Source: a virus. Taken from it: a stretch of DNA of 64,000 nt. Below the pieces are notes generated by a model. It did not search any database. It had not been told where the DNA came from and saw only the letters and a program-made list of their open reading frames with translations. Both the position numbers and the translations under genes were made by a program. Location: positions 32,001 through 96,000 of the IMG/VR virus record IMGVR_UViG_3300008050_000022. One strand, given 5' to 3'. Position 1 is the first letter of the stretch, and each line of letters begins with the position of its first letter. This document shows, piece by piece, positions 37,536 to 46,793 of the stretch.

Positions 37536-40333
37536 TAGAATCGCTCCTTGCTGGTCGGACGGGTTGTCGCCATCACGTCTCCCAGCCGCTGACTCTTCGG
37601 CATGCCTCGAGCCGCCCTTCGGAAGGAGCTGGAGACGGCCTTAGTACTCGAAGCTCCGTCCGCTGTCAGCTCCTTCAACTCTGTGTACCTGCCCTCCATC
37701 AGAAGACTGGCCGCACGATCATACCCCTTCTCCTCCAGAGAGGAGAGCGCTGCCTCAGCCACCTCAGCCGAAGCTGTCGGCAAGGTCGGAGAGTACTGCT
37801 TCAGCACGTCATCCGCAGCCGTCCCAGACGCAGTCAGAGACACCCCAAGCCGCTGGAGAGAGATCGCTACAGACGTGGAGGACCTGTGGGACGCGGAGAT
37901 GAGGAAGAGCAGCTTCGCCAAGTCCTTAGCAGCGGACACCAGGGAGGCTGACCGCGTGCCGGATCTCAGGGCCTCGACTACTCTTCGCAGCACAGGCTTG
38001 TGCCTCGACAACAGGGCGTACCGATCCTCTCGCTGGAGCACTCGTAGCGCCGCCTGTACACCGACGTACCCCGAGTACCCTGCAGGTAGGATGTCTATCT
38101 GGTACGTACCGGGATCATCTAGGGGGGTGGCCACGTCGAAGTAGGTCCCGCCCGGGTCCACCGATTCAATACTCGTCGTGACTCCATCGGCTAGGCGGAT
38201 AGAGCACTCGGCCGTAACTCCCAACAGTCGAAGATCCTGCACCTTCGACTTGGTGTCCCCCTTCTTAGTGCCCGTGATCTGGAATCGAGAGGACTTCGAC
38301 AACACGGACGTGTCGCTAGGAATCCCTAGAGGGGTGTGGGCGGTGCCTGTGCCGAGGTTGATCGAGTTCCCTTCCAGGGCTTTGGAAACCACCTTCAACA
38401 CGGTTCGCGCCAGTTCCACCTCCATCAAGATCCCGGCACCAGGCACATCACCTGCCAGCTGAGTCACCCCGTACTCCGTAGGGGAAGTCACAGAGGTCAC
38501 GACGAAGCTGCCCTTGCTGCCAGCCTTCGCGATGTCTCCTGCTTGCACTGGAGATGATGGAGCTTCGTACAAGTACAGCACTCCTGCAGACACGGAAGCT
38601 TCCCCAGTGAACAACACGGTTTCGACAGTGGATATGGCGGCCCACGTGCCGATGGCTGCCTCGAGTTCCATCACTACTTCCGAGATCGGGTAGTAGTTCC
38701 CGGACACCTGCCCCTTACCGAACCCGAGCTCCGTTCCCGCGCTGTCGTCCTCGAACTTGGCCCCCAATCCCACATCTCCCCACAGGAAGGGGATCGGGAG
38801 GGCAAGAGCTTGGAAGGGCGGGGGAGGCAGGAGAGCCGTAGACGTGTCCGACAAGGTCAAGACGTTGGAGATGCTCAACGACGTCGAGGACACCACGAGG
38901 ACGTCTCCGTCAGCAGCAAAGGTGAAGTCTGCTCCCAGACCTCCGCCCTCCAACTCCGTGATGAGGGAGGCCATGTCTGAGAAGAGGCCGCCTACCGCAT
39001 TGAAGGTGTGCGTGAACTCGGCAACCCCGCTCTCATCCTGCAGCCGCAGAACCAGCGTCAGGCCTCCTGCGGGAATGAGCAGCGGTATTGTGAACGGCAT
39101 GGAGTCCGTTCGCAGTACGGCCGGCTGAGCCGTCAGCCCAGACGAGGGGAGGCCTATCTCTCCCGGACCCTTCAAGTACAGTCGATCGTGCTTGATCAGA
39201 GCCTCATACCCAAGAGGGTCGAGGAAGGAATCTAGTTCTGCCACCACCTGAGCAGCTGTTCTCGACCCTACGGTCAGCGGAGCTGTGTAAGTGGTGTCTG
39301 CGATCCGCACTAGTAGGTGAGGAACTGTGACCGTGTAAGGATCGGTCGCCAGTTCGGCAGACTTCAGAAAGTGCTGTCCTGAGCCTGTCAGCACCACCGG
39401 ACCGGCCCCAGGTCCATTGTCGATCTGGATCTCGGCATCTACCGGGAAGGAGACGGGCTGCTGAGTACCTGTGAACTCCGCCGGGGTCATTGGTGGTAGT
39501 GCGTCAACGACGAGCTTAGACCCCGCAGGGAAGGCCGCTCTGCTGGAGTGGTGGGACAAGCCTCGAAGAACGTGGCCTGTGGGGTGCCGAGCGCTACTCA
39601 ATGCGTCTACGGCTGCCTCAGGAGCTAGCAGCGTGACCAGGCTGTCCTGGGCAGACCCGCTGAGTGTTCCCTCATCTGCCGCCCTACTGACCTTGGTGAG
39701 CATGTCCTGAGCACGCTGCAGAAGGAGGGGAGACAGGTAGGTCCTGATCGCAACGGGATCGAAGGAGGTGCTCGCCTCCAGGAAGCTGGTCAGTCGGCGA
39801 TGTAGCCGAGGCAGCGACTTCTCGAGCCGCTCCAGCTCCTCAACTGCATCCTGGAGAGCCTCAGGTCGAGCCCGTCCCGTACTGCCGCTAGCTGCCCCTC
39901 GCAGGTCTGGGAGCAGCGCAGCCTTGGCGTACCGACGTGCGCCATTCAGCGCAGTACGAACCCTCTCCACCTCCCGCACGTCGGCAATAGTGCCCAGGTC
40001 CAACGAAGTCTGCAGCTTCGCCGTGGCCGTAGTCAGCTGGGTAGAGGCACTTGCCCTACTGCGTTCTAGGGAATCGGCTAGATCAACGAGAAGCTGCTCC
40101 AGATCAGTGGCTAGGGAGGCGAGATCCTGAAGTATGACATTCCGCTGCAGGAGCAGCAGGTGAAAGAACGCTCCGGGCTCCAGCAACAGCCCAGTCAACA
40201 ACGCTTCCAGGACTCTCGAGAACTGTGTGTGCTCCTTCCGTGTTCCCGCTAGGGACTTCTGAAAGGAGTTTGGTCGCTGGATCGCTTGAGACGCTCGAGC
40301 TCGGAGGGTTTCGGCGTTGAGGGGCTTGGACAT
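37535..40333 (-). CDS. Large virion structural protein (helical termini, beta-rich core), 932 aa
   Basis: AAGGA RBS; operon context. Confidence 0.7.
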   Translation of the reverse strand: MSKPLNAETLRARASQAIQRPNSFQKSLAGTRKEHTQFSRVLEALLTGLLLEPGAFFHLLLLQRNVILQDLASLATDLEQLLVDLADSLERSRASASTQLTTATAKLQTSLDLGTIADVREVERVRTALNGARRYAKAALLPDLRGAASGSTGRARPEALQDAVEELERLEKSLPRLHRRLTSFLEASTSFDPVAIRTYLSPLLLQRAQDMLTKVSRAADEGTLSGSAQDSLVTLLAPEAAVDALSSARHPTGHVLRGLSHHSSRAAFPAGSKLVVDALPPMTPAEFTGTQQPVSFPVDAEIQIDNGPGAGPVVLTGSGQHFLKSAELATDPYTVTVPHLLVRIADTTYTAPLTVGSRTAAQVVAELDSFLDPLGYEALIKHDRLYLKGPGEIGLPSSGLTAQPAVLRTDSMPFTIPLLIPAGGLTLVLRLQDESGVAEFTHTFNAVGGLFSDMASLITELEGGGLGADFTFAADGDVLVVSSTSLSISNVLTLSDTSTALLPPPPFQALALPIPFLWGDVGLGAKFEDDSAGTELGFGKGQVSGNYYPISEVVMELEAAIGTWAAISTVETVLFTGEASVSAGVLYLYEAPSSPVQAGDIAKAGSKGSFVVTSVTSPTEYGVTQLAGDVPGAGILMEVELARTVLKVVSKALEGNSINLGTGTAHTPLGIPSDTSVLSKSSRFQITGTKKGDTKSKVQDLRLLGVTAECSIRLADGVTTSIESVDPGGTYFDVATPLDDPGTYQIDILPAGYSGYVGVQAALRVLQREDRYALLSRHKPVLRRVVEALRSGTRSASLVSAAKDLAKLLFLISASHRSSTSVAISLQRLGVSLTASGTAADDVLKQYSPTLPTASAEVAEAALSSLEEKGYDRAASLLMEGRYTELKELTADGASSTKAVSSSFRRAARGMPKSQRLGDVMATTRPTSKERF

Positions 40334-40634
40334 TCCTTCTTCTACTCCCCTCCAGCTTCATCTGCCGAAGCTCGTCTTTGGAGAGTCTCAGAGCTGCTGC
40401 CCTGATCTTCTCCGGAGGCATGTCTAACATCGCGCACAAGGCAAGAAAGGAGTTCTCTCTTCCCGAGATGTCCTCGAACAGCCACCACTCCGCGCTGTAG
40501 AACAGCCTTCTATTAGACCGCCCAGTAGCGCCCTTGTTGTACACGTAATCGACCAGAGCTTGGAGGATGACGCAAATCCACATGTTGCGGCACGGCCCCG
40601 CATCCGAGGGGACAAGGTAGTCGTCCTCCATCAC
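40104..40634 (-). CDS. Phage-type small helical protein (possible regulator)
   Basis: MW..VI.QA..D...A..WLF...SF...C..LD..PE.IR pattern; the last ~75 codons overlap the next gene and may be a non-functional tail. Confidence 0.55.
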   Translation of the reverse strand: MMEDDYLVPSDAGPCRNMWICVILQALVDYVYNKGATGRSNRRLFYSAEWWLFEDISGRENSFLALCAMLDMPPEKIRAAALRLSKDELRQMKLEGSRRRNVQAPQRRNPPSSSVSSDPATKLLSEVPSGNTEGAHTVLESPGSVVDWAVAGARSVLSPAAPAAECHTSGSRLPSH

Positions 40635-41527
40635 GTCACAGTCACTGCGACCGGAGTCACTGTGAGAACTGTGGCGGGTACTCGAGGAAGTGCGACCCCT
40701 GCCCGAATCGTCGCAGTAATCGTAGTATTGCCTGCAGCTACGCCGTGAGCAATGAAGCTACCTGCTGACGGAGTGACCGTAGCTATGGCCTCATTCGCCG
40801 ACTCGATGTCGATGTACTGCGACCACGCAGGATCGGTTGTGCCTGTCAGTACTCTCCCGTCCGACATGGTGAGGGCCACGGCCACGGCAGCAGCGTCTGC
40901 ATCAGCTGCCACACTGATCGCGGTCGCGGGAGTGAACGTCACTGATGCTGGCACAGGGAAGAGGAGATCTACCAGGTTCTGATTGGTCAGAGCCGGGATC
41001 GCTACGTCGAAGGAACGGTCCATGTAGCCTTCAAGGCTTACATCGAACTCTGCCCCTCTGGGAAGGTCCACCTGCACATACCCGTTGCTATCGGTGATCA
41101 GTTGCTCAGGCTGCTGACCTAGTCCCACAGCGACTGGGTACATGCCCACAGGGTCCATCTTCGGTGCCAGGCGGATGTACTGATCTGCGAGGGGTCGACC
41201 GGAAGCGGTGCGGAAGAAGGCCCAGCACCTGCACATGTTGGGATTGGAGGCGACAGGGATCGTAAACGTAGCGGCCGTGAACTGCCATGCATTCGCCGGC
41301 GGAGGAGTCCGTACGTTGATCTGCTGAGGAGAAGTCACCGAGGCCAGGATGTGCTCTCCGTAGAAGCGGAGTTGGTATCGGCCCGCTACTTCATCGAAGG
41401 CTGCGTCACCTAGGGCGTCGGTCATCCCTGAGTCCAGCAGGACAGTGTTCGCTTCGTTGTAAATCTGTACGACCATGCCCTGGACGGGGACTGCATTGGC
41501 GTCCACCACGTTGACTGCGATGATCAT
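40631..41527 (-). CDS. Virion protein with transthyretin/Ig-like domains (C-terminal Big_2-like)
   Basis: ATGA coupling at 41527; TDALG, TDSNGY, SANEAIATV...GVAAGNTTITA. Confidence 0.65.
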   Translation of the reverse strand: MIIAVNVVDANAVPVQGMVVQIYNEANTVLLDSGMTDALGDAAFDEVAGRYQLRFYGEHILASVTSPQQINVRTPPPANAWQFTAATFTIPVASNPNMCRCWAFFRTASGRPLADQYIRLAPKMDPVGMYPVAVGLGQQPEQLITDSNGYVQVDLPRGAEFDVSLEGYMDRSFDVAIPALTNQNLVDLLFPVPASVTFTPATAISVAADADAAAVAVALTMSDGRVLTGTTDPAWSQYIDIESANEAIATVTPSAGSFIAHGVAAGNTTITATIRAGVALPRVPATVLTVTPVAVTVT

Positions 41528-41922
41528 CGGTGTTCTCCCGACAGTGCTAGCGTATCGACCAAGTAGCAGAAGCCGGCAGAGATCAAGCACCAACTGCCCA
41601 CAGCTAACCACTGAGAGTAGTCGTTAATCTCTACGTAAAGAAGCCTGTGATCGGCGGTCTTCCAGATCAAGAGCCAGCTCACCCACCCCGCATGGAAACC
41701 CATGCAGTACGGGCAGGTGAAGAGCTGACCGAAGAACTCCCGGAGAAATTTCTTGATGCGTGAGTCCGAGACGGGCTCCAGGTACGGCTCACCCTCCTCG
41801 TCCAGCTCGATCTTCGTGCCCGCTTGTAGCAACCAGGTGACTGGGGGCACCTGCGACAGCTTGTTCATGGCCCCGTAGCAAAGGCCGTAAGCAAGCAGAA
41901 GGGCGATCAAGTAAAGGGACAC
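41524..41922 (-). CDS. DUF1360-like membrane protein
   Basis: Three hydrophobic segments and an LFTCPYCMGFH motif. Confidence 0.65.
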   Translation of the reverse strand: MSLYLIALLLAYGLCYGAMNKLSQVPPVTWLLQAGTKIELDEEGEPYLEPVSDSRIKKFLREFFGQLFTCPYCMGFHAGWVSWLLIWKTADHRLLYVEINDYSQWLAVGSWCLISAGFCYLVDTLALSGEHR

Positions 41923-41971
41923 GCGGGAATCCTACACGAAGACGTGTCCGTACGAGGTTGGTAGAGTGAGG

Positions 41972-42727
41972 CTAGTCCTGAGGGTAGACGGTCAGGGGGC
42001 GCGTGATGCCCACCTCTCTGTAGTAGTCCAGAGCAGGCAGCTCGAACCCCTCGGGAGCCGTGCCGTTCTTCACCGCTTCCTTGTCCGTCAGGAAGGCGTC
42101 CAGGATCTCCAAGGAGTTCGCGGTCCTGCTGATCTGCTCGACCTGCTCGACCACGACGACCTGCATCTGCTCCATCACCGCCTGCATGTCCCCCTCGGCC
42201 CTCATGACGGTCTCGAGGTTCTGCTGGTCCATCAAGGTCAGGTCGGACTCCCGGTACTCGGGCCGTACCTCGAAGCCTCGCTCTGCGAAATAGGCCGCCA
42301 GGTCGGCATCCCCGAAGTCGAATCCGTGACGAGCGAACACGGTGTTGCGGAGATAGCGGAGCTCTTCATCGTTCAGACCGGCCAGGTCCTCAGCTGACAC
42401 CTCGAGCCCTGCCTTGATCAGCTCGTCGGCCCGGACCGGGGCTGCGTCTAGATCTGCTAGAAGCGGGACGTCTTCGACCAGTGGCAGGTCTGCCATCGGG
42501 TCAGCGTCGACCCACTGCGCCTCTGCCGGGATGCACCCGTTGAGCACCGTCATGGTGCCTAGAGCGATGATGAACAGGTAGCCTGCCAGCAGGAAACCGG
42601 TAGCCACGGGGTGTCGCATGATGAGGTTCATGCGAGGGGGCAGAACAGTATCCATGCCGACCTCTGCTTCCGGCGCCTGCTGCTCCCGCTGAAGATGTAC
42701 TTCGTCTACGAGAGCCAGGTGTGGCAC
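41972..42727 (-). CDS. YARHG-domain membrane/lipoprotein
   Basis: ELRYLRNTVFARHGFDF.D.DL..YF...Y; hydrophobic segment ending VLNGC; possible start at 42655. Confidence 0.8.
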   Translation of the reverse strand: MPHLALVDEVHLQREQQAPEAEVGMDTVLPPRMNLIMRHPVATGFLLAGYLFIIALGTMTVLNGCIPAEAQWVDADPMADLPLVEDVPLLADLDAAPVRADELIKAGLEVSAEDLAGLNDEELRYLRNTVFARHGFDFGDADLAAYFAERGFEVRPEYRESDLTLMDQQNLETVMRAEGDMQAVMEQMQVVVVEQVEQISRTANSLEILDAFLTDKEAVKNGTAPEGFELPALDYYREVGITRPLTVYPQD

Positions 42728-42729
42728 GG

Positions 42730-43023
42730 CTACTCCGCCCCAGCCAGGCGGAGAAGCGATCCCTCCACACGAGTCATCGTCTCGCCGATCTTCTTCAGCT
42801 CAGCACGCAGCTCTACGAGGCTGATGTCTCGCTCGTGCTTGACTGCCTCGAGGACTACTACCCGGGCCTCTAGCTTGACCGCTTTGGTCTGCTCGGCGGC
42901 GAAGTCTCGCTGTAGATCGTGGAACGCCAAATAGCCGCTCAAGACGATGGGCAACAATCCGATGATGTACCAGCCGATCTTGCCGGCCCAGCTGGGAATC
43001 TTGATCGTAGTCGGCTCGGACAT
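42730..43023 (-). CDS. Small membrane-anchored coiled-coil protein
   Basis: GGAGG RBS; N-terminal TM (IGWYIIGLLPIVLSGYLAF) followed by a heptad region. Confidence 0.7.
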   Translation of the reverse strand: MSEPTTIKIPSWAGKIGWYIIGLLPIVLSGYLAFHDLQRDFAAEQTKAVKLEARVVVLEAVKHERDISLVELRAELKKIGETMTRVEGSLLRLAGAE

Positions 43024-43024
43024 C

Positions 43025-43414
43025 TCAGCCTCCCTTGAGCAGCACGGCTGCAGCTGCCGTAAGGATTGCTCCCACAGTACCGCCCGCAACTAGTCTGGAA
43101 AACCACTTTTGCCAATCGGCCTGCTGCTCTAGGCGATCTAGGCGGGTGGGTAGGTCCTGTTTTTCGGCGGCCTCTGCTGCCTTCTTGAGGGCAGCGACAG
43201 CTCCTACCAGGCCGACTTCCCCGTTGCCCAGCAGAATCTTCCTCACGGACGCTGCGTCAGTCGCTCCCTGCTTCGAAAGTGCTTTGACTTCTGCGAGCTC
43301 TCGGGGTAGCGCACGAATGTCCTTCAGTTCTGGGGCGGACAAGGAATGTCCACTGTCTTGCTGCTCCCTGACCGCCTCCAGAAGGGAGATAATTCGTTCC
43401 TCGGACTCGGTCAT
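43025..43414 (-). CDS. Coiled-coil protein with C-terminal TM helix (holin/XhlA-like architecture)
   Basis: LLGNGEVGLV...RLDRLE...W..LVAGGTVGAILTAAAAVLL. Confidence 0.65.
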   Translation of the reverse strand: MTESEERIISLLEAVREQQDSGHSLSAPELKDIRALPRELAEVKALSKQGATDAASVRKILLGNGEVGLVGAVAALKKAAEAAEKQDLPTRLDRLEQQADWQKWFSRLVAGGTVGAILTAAAAVLLKGG

Positions 43415-43461
43415 CCTGTCCCCGTGAGTAGTCCCCGGATTGCCTACGTGCGTGCGACCAA

Positions 43462-43490
43462 ATGATGGACGGCTGAGCCGTCTAGGGCAA
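43462..43490 (-). promoter_or_regulatory. sigma70-like promoter candidate TTGCCC-N17-CATCAT
   Basis: Intergenic, upstream of the membrane-protein cassette. Confidence 0.4.
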
Positions 43491-43498
43491 TCACGAAG

Positions 43499-43927
43499 TC
43501 AGGGGGTGAAGCGAGGGGTGTCTACTGGGACTATTCGGGCAACCGTGAACTGGTCCTGAGCTGCCCCAACCAGGTCCAGGAGATCCGCAGAATGTGCGTT
43601 GGGGACGGTGATTCTTCTGGTGATGCCAGTGCCCGTCAGAGTTACCTCAAAGGTGCTGCCCCGCAGAAGGAAGATTTCCGCCTCACCTCGAGCATCTGTG
43701 ACTGTGGCTACTCGCCCGCCAGACAAGAAGGCCAGGCCCCCAACTCCGAGGTGCTGAAGGTTCCCCAGGGTACTGTCGAAGGCGATTGTCCTGCCCACCG
43801 CAGGCTGACCATCTCCGCCCAGCCACCGAACGAACACACGGCATAGCTCCTCCCTAGGGGCCCGAGCAGAGCTGCGAGCGCCTAGGACCAGGCCGTTGAG
43901 TGCGTAGCCGGTGTAGCTCGGCATCAA
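43499..43927 (-). CDS. Virion protein, paralogous to the middle domain of 40631-41527
   Basis: CRVF..GQP..TDARG....L.RG..F.V.L.G....I.VP.....L.DL shared with the other gene. Confidence 0.65.
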   Translation of the reverse strand: MMPSYTGYALNGLVLGARSSARAPREELCRVFVRWLGGDGQPAVGRTIAFDSTLGNLQHLGVGGLAFLSGGRVATVTDARGEAEIFLLRGSTFEVTLTGTGITRRITVPNAHSADLLDLVGAAQDQFTVARIVPVDTPRFTP

Positions 43928-44964
43928 GTCACCTCGAGCGCTACGAAGTCCGAACTGTCAGCGAAGACTCTCAGAACCGTCGTCCCGAGCGTGATGTCGT
44001 CCAGAGCGATGAGAGTCCCGGTTGGCACACGTCGAAACCGCTGCAAGGTGCCGACTAGCTGCCTTACCCCCGCCGTGCCGTTGTAGACGAAGATGTCGGA
44101 GACGGGCACCGAGCCGTAGTCATCACTCGGGAGGACCGACGTACCGAGCAGGTCGATCAGGGAAGTCCACAGCAGGACGTGGTTGAGTGCTCCCAAATAC
44201 GCATCCGTGCTGTGCAGGGCATGCGGGACTGCATCCTCCAGCACCCCACCAGAGTCTCCCCAGAGGATCACGGGCTGAGGATCGACTGCCACTAGCGCCA
44301 GCGTGTCGTATGTCTCTGCCAGAGCGACGACCAGGTTGATCTCGCGATCAGGGATGTTGACCGAGGCGACCTGCACCCTCTCCACGTTCGCCGGCCCGTT
44401 GGCGTTCTGGTTCACTACCCAGAGGTACTGACCTGCCTCCAGGTTCGTGAAGTCCGTTCCAGCTCGGAAGTACAGCCGGGTAGAGGCCGTGGTGTTCGTC
44501 CCCGTCTTCGGGCCGTCTAGGAGACCGAAGAAGTCTCGCTGGGCAGGGATGGCTGGAGGTAGGGCTCCGAAGTAGCCCTTGTTGTAGTCCGCCCCTACCA
44601 GACAGCAGATCGCGACGCCGTCAGCGTCAGCGTTGAGCCACCCCGTCATCGCCCCGTTGGTTAGCTGGATGCACGATCCGCCGACCAGGTCACCAACCTC
44701 GTTGTACCCGGTGCCTGCGGACCAGTACGAGTACGCACGGAAGTCGATCTTCTCTCCGGCCGAGTCGTGCGTAGCCCTAAGCCACAGCCCCTTACGCTGA
44801 TCAGAGCCAGCGCTGTAGTACACGCGATCCTGCGCTCCCAGGGCCGCACTGACCTCTTGGGCGAGGGTCCAGCCCGCTGCTAGAAGAGCTTGGCGAAGTC
44901 CGTTCGCGGAGTCGATCAGATCATCGATGTCCGCAAAGGCCTGATTGGTAACGATCGCGGGCAT
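43924..44964 (-). CDS. Putative virion structural / fibre-associated protein
   Basis: L.AAGWT N-terminus, beta-rich, operon context. Confidence 0.6.
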   Translation of the reverse strand: MPAIVTNQAFADIDDLIDSANGLRQALLAAGWTLAQEVSAALGAQDRVYYSAGSDQRKGLWLRATHDSAGEKIDFRAYSYWSAGTGYNEVGDLVGGSCIQLTNGAMTGWLNADADGVAICCLVGADYNKGYFGALPPAIPAQRDFFGLLDGPKTGTNTTASTRLYFRAGTDFTNLEAGQYLWVVNQNANGPANVERVQVASVNIPDREINLVVALAETYDTLALVAVDPQPVILWGDSGGVLEDAVPHALHSTDAYLGALNHVLLWTSLIDLLGTSVLPSDDYGSVPVSDIFVYNGTAGVRQLVGTLQRFRRVPTGTLIALDDITLGTTVLRVFADSSDFVALEVT

Positions 44965-44967
44965 GCA

Positions 44968-45282
44968 TCACGCCGATCTAACCACCCGCACCAGCACCTT
45001 GCGCTCGGCGTCGTACGAGTAGCTACGGACAGCCGTTTCCGGATCTGCCAGGTTCATGTCGTCCAGAGCCGTCCGCATCAGCTCGAGCTGAGCACGGGCG
45101 CTCTCTGCTACTTCTCTCTGGCAGTCTCGCAGATGGCCTCGGGCCAGGTCCACGCGTAGTGCAGCGTTCTCGATTCGGAGCTGCGTGAGCTCGTCCAGGG
45201 GGATGATGGGAGGTAGCTCCGTCGTCCGGGCTACTACAGCCTCTTCTACCTGGGCATCTACGCTCTTCTTCGCTGCGGTCAT
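44968..45282 (-). CDS. Hypothetical coiled-coil protein
   Basis: AGGAG RBS; operon context. Confidence 0.65.
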   Translation of the reverse strand: MTAAKKSVDAQVEEAVVARTTELPPIIPLDELTQLRIENAALRVDLARGHLRDCQREVAESARAQLELMRTALDDMNLADPETAVRSYSYDAERKVLVRVVRSA

Positions 45283-45284
45283 CG

Positions 45285-45482
45285 TTACTCCTGTAGGAAG
45301 GTCTCTAGCTTGTCCACCAAGAAGATCTCGGCGGTTTGGGCATTCAGCCGGCGCAGTGTACTCGACCCCGACCTGCCTTCGAGCACGGCCTTCAAGAACT
45401 TGACCTCGTTGTTCACGCGGTCACGCTCTTTATCGATCCACTCTCGAGCGGACGATTCTAGGTCGTCTAGGCTAGATGCCAC
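45285..45482 (-). CDS. Small hypothetical protein
   Basis: Overlaps the sigma stop; coding-like. Confidence 0.6.
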   Translation of the reverse strand: MASSLDDLESSAREWIDKERDRVNNEVKFLKAVLEGRSGSSTLRRLNAQTAEIFLVDKLETFLQE

Positions 45483-46263
45483 CGCCGTACTCCCGGAACT
45501 TCTTCTCTACTTTGTTCTTTATACGGGAGACAGTGGGGGCCGACACGCCAATCCTCTTAGCAATCTCACCGGTTCCCAGCGTGGGCTTACCGTTGAGACC
45601 GAGCGAGTACTCGAGGACAGTGTACTCACGGGGAGCCAGCTCGTACTTGATCAGCCGAATGATCTCCAAGTCCTTGGGAGGGATCATGGAGGAAGGATTT
45701 GAGAGCTCTACTGCTCCCTCGTAGCCTGACGTCAGGAGATCCCTCCGCATCTCCAACTGCATGCGGTTCACCTCTGCAGGCGCCCACTGCAGCTTGTCCG
45801 AGATCTCCATGGAAGTGGGCTCTCGACCGAAGTCCTCAGACAGCTGACTCAGCGCCCCCTTGTACTCCGTGATCTTGTTGATCCGCTTCTCGGGAATCGC
45901 TCCGACGTTCTGGTACTTCTTGATGAAGCGGCCGGACTTTCGAAGAAGTCCGTAGACGTGAGTGCTGAGCGCAGCAGGCTTGCCGGACTTCTTACCGACG
46001 TAGTTCGGATCGTAGGTACGGAAGGCGTTGAGCAGCTGCTGGTTCACCTCCGCCTCGATCACGGGGGTAGGCAAGGGCACCCGTCCAGAGAACTTCCTAA
46101 CCTGACTCTGTGCCAGGTTCTGGAAGGAGGCTACGAGGGGTTCCAGCTTGACCGGATCCTCTCCCGATGCCTTCCACTGGTTCCACATCTCCATCTCTGC
46201 CTGCCGACGGGCAGACAAGCCGGGCCTCTTGGCGGCCAGCTTGTGGAGGATGTCCTCGTCCAT
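45472..46263 (-). CDS. RNA polymerase sigma factor, sigma70 family (FliA/SigF-like, regions 2-3-4)
   Basis: Region 2 LLNAFRTYDP...LSTH...IPE; region 3 FGREPTSMEI; region 4 LAPREY.VL...GLNG...EIAKRIGVSAPTVSRI. Confidence 0.88.
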   Translation of the reverse strand: MDEDILHKLAAKRPGLSARRQAEMEMWNQWKASGEDPVKLEPLVASFQNLAQSQVRKFSGRVPLPTPVIEAEVNQQLLNAFRTYDPNYVGKKSGKPAALSTHVYGLLRKSGRFIKKYQNVGAIPEKRINKITEYKGALSQLSEDFGREPTSMEISDKLQWAPAEVNRMQLEMRRDLLTSGYEGAVELSNPSSMIPPKDLEIIRLIKYELAPREYTVLEYSLGLNGKPTLGTGEIAKRIGVSAPTVSRIKNKVEKKFREYGGGI

Positions 46264-46793
46264 TACCTGAAGCCGGGGTTAGGGAGCGGTACCGTAGTGG
46301 CTTGAGCGTTAGAGGGAGGGGTAGGTACTCCAGATCTACCAGCGTTGAACCTGAACGCCGACTGATCCGCCTTCAAGGAGCTTTTAGCCGCCGTCAGGGT
46401 GCTAGGAGGAGAGAAGGCGGGGCGCTTGATCTTCGCCAGACCGTTCCTACGGAGATCGACTCCAATGTCTGCCGCAGTCTTCTCAGCCGACTCGCGGTAG
46501 TTCTTCAGGACGCCCTTGTACCCCCGGCGGGTGGACAGCTCTTCCAGGTACTTGTCCCCTGCAGCGACAGCCCCTCCGATAGCCGCCCCTGCAAGGTGGT
46601 GCTTACGGCCAGGGTTCTTGGCCCCGAAGCTGGCCAGCATGCCTCCCGGGATGGCCCCGATCACTCCTCGATGAGCGTACGGGCGCGCAGAGTCGATCTT
46701 TCGCAAGACCCTCTTCTTCCGCTCACGCGACTTCGCGTTCTCTGCCAACTTCAGCAGCTCGAGTCCGAATGCCTGGTAGACGAGGTGGTTCAT
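46263..46793 (-). CDS. Basic Gly-zipper protein with AFxxELxKLA leader and internal EKTA (putative internal virion protein)
   Basis: MNHLVYQAFGLELLKLA...GAAIGGAVAAG...EKTAA. Confidence 0.7.
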   Translation of the reverse strand: MNHLVYQAFGLELLKLAENAKSRERKKRVLRKIDSARPYAHRGVIGAIPGGMLASFGAKNPGRKHHLAGAAIGGAVAAGDKYLEELSTRRGYKGVLKNYRESAEKTAADIGVDLRRNGLAKIKRPAFSPPSTLTAAKSSLKADQSAFRFNAGRSGVPTPPSNAQATTVPLPNPGFR

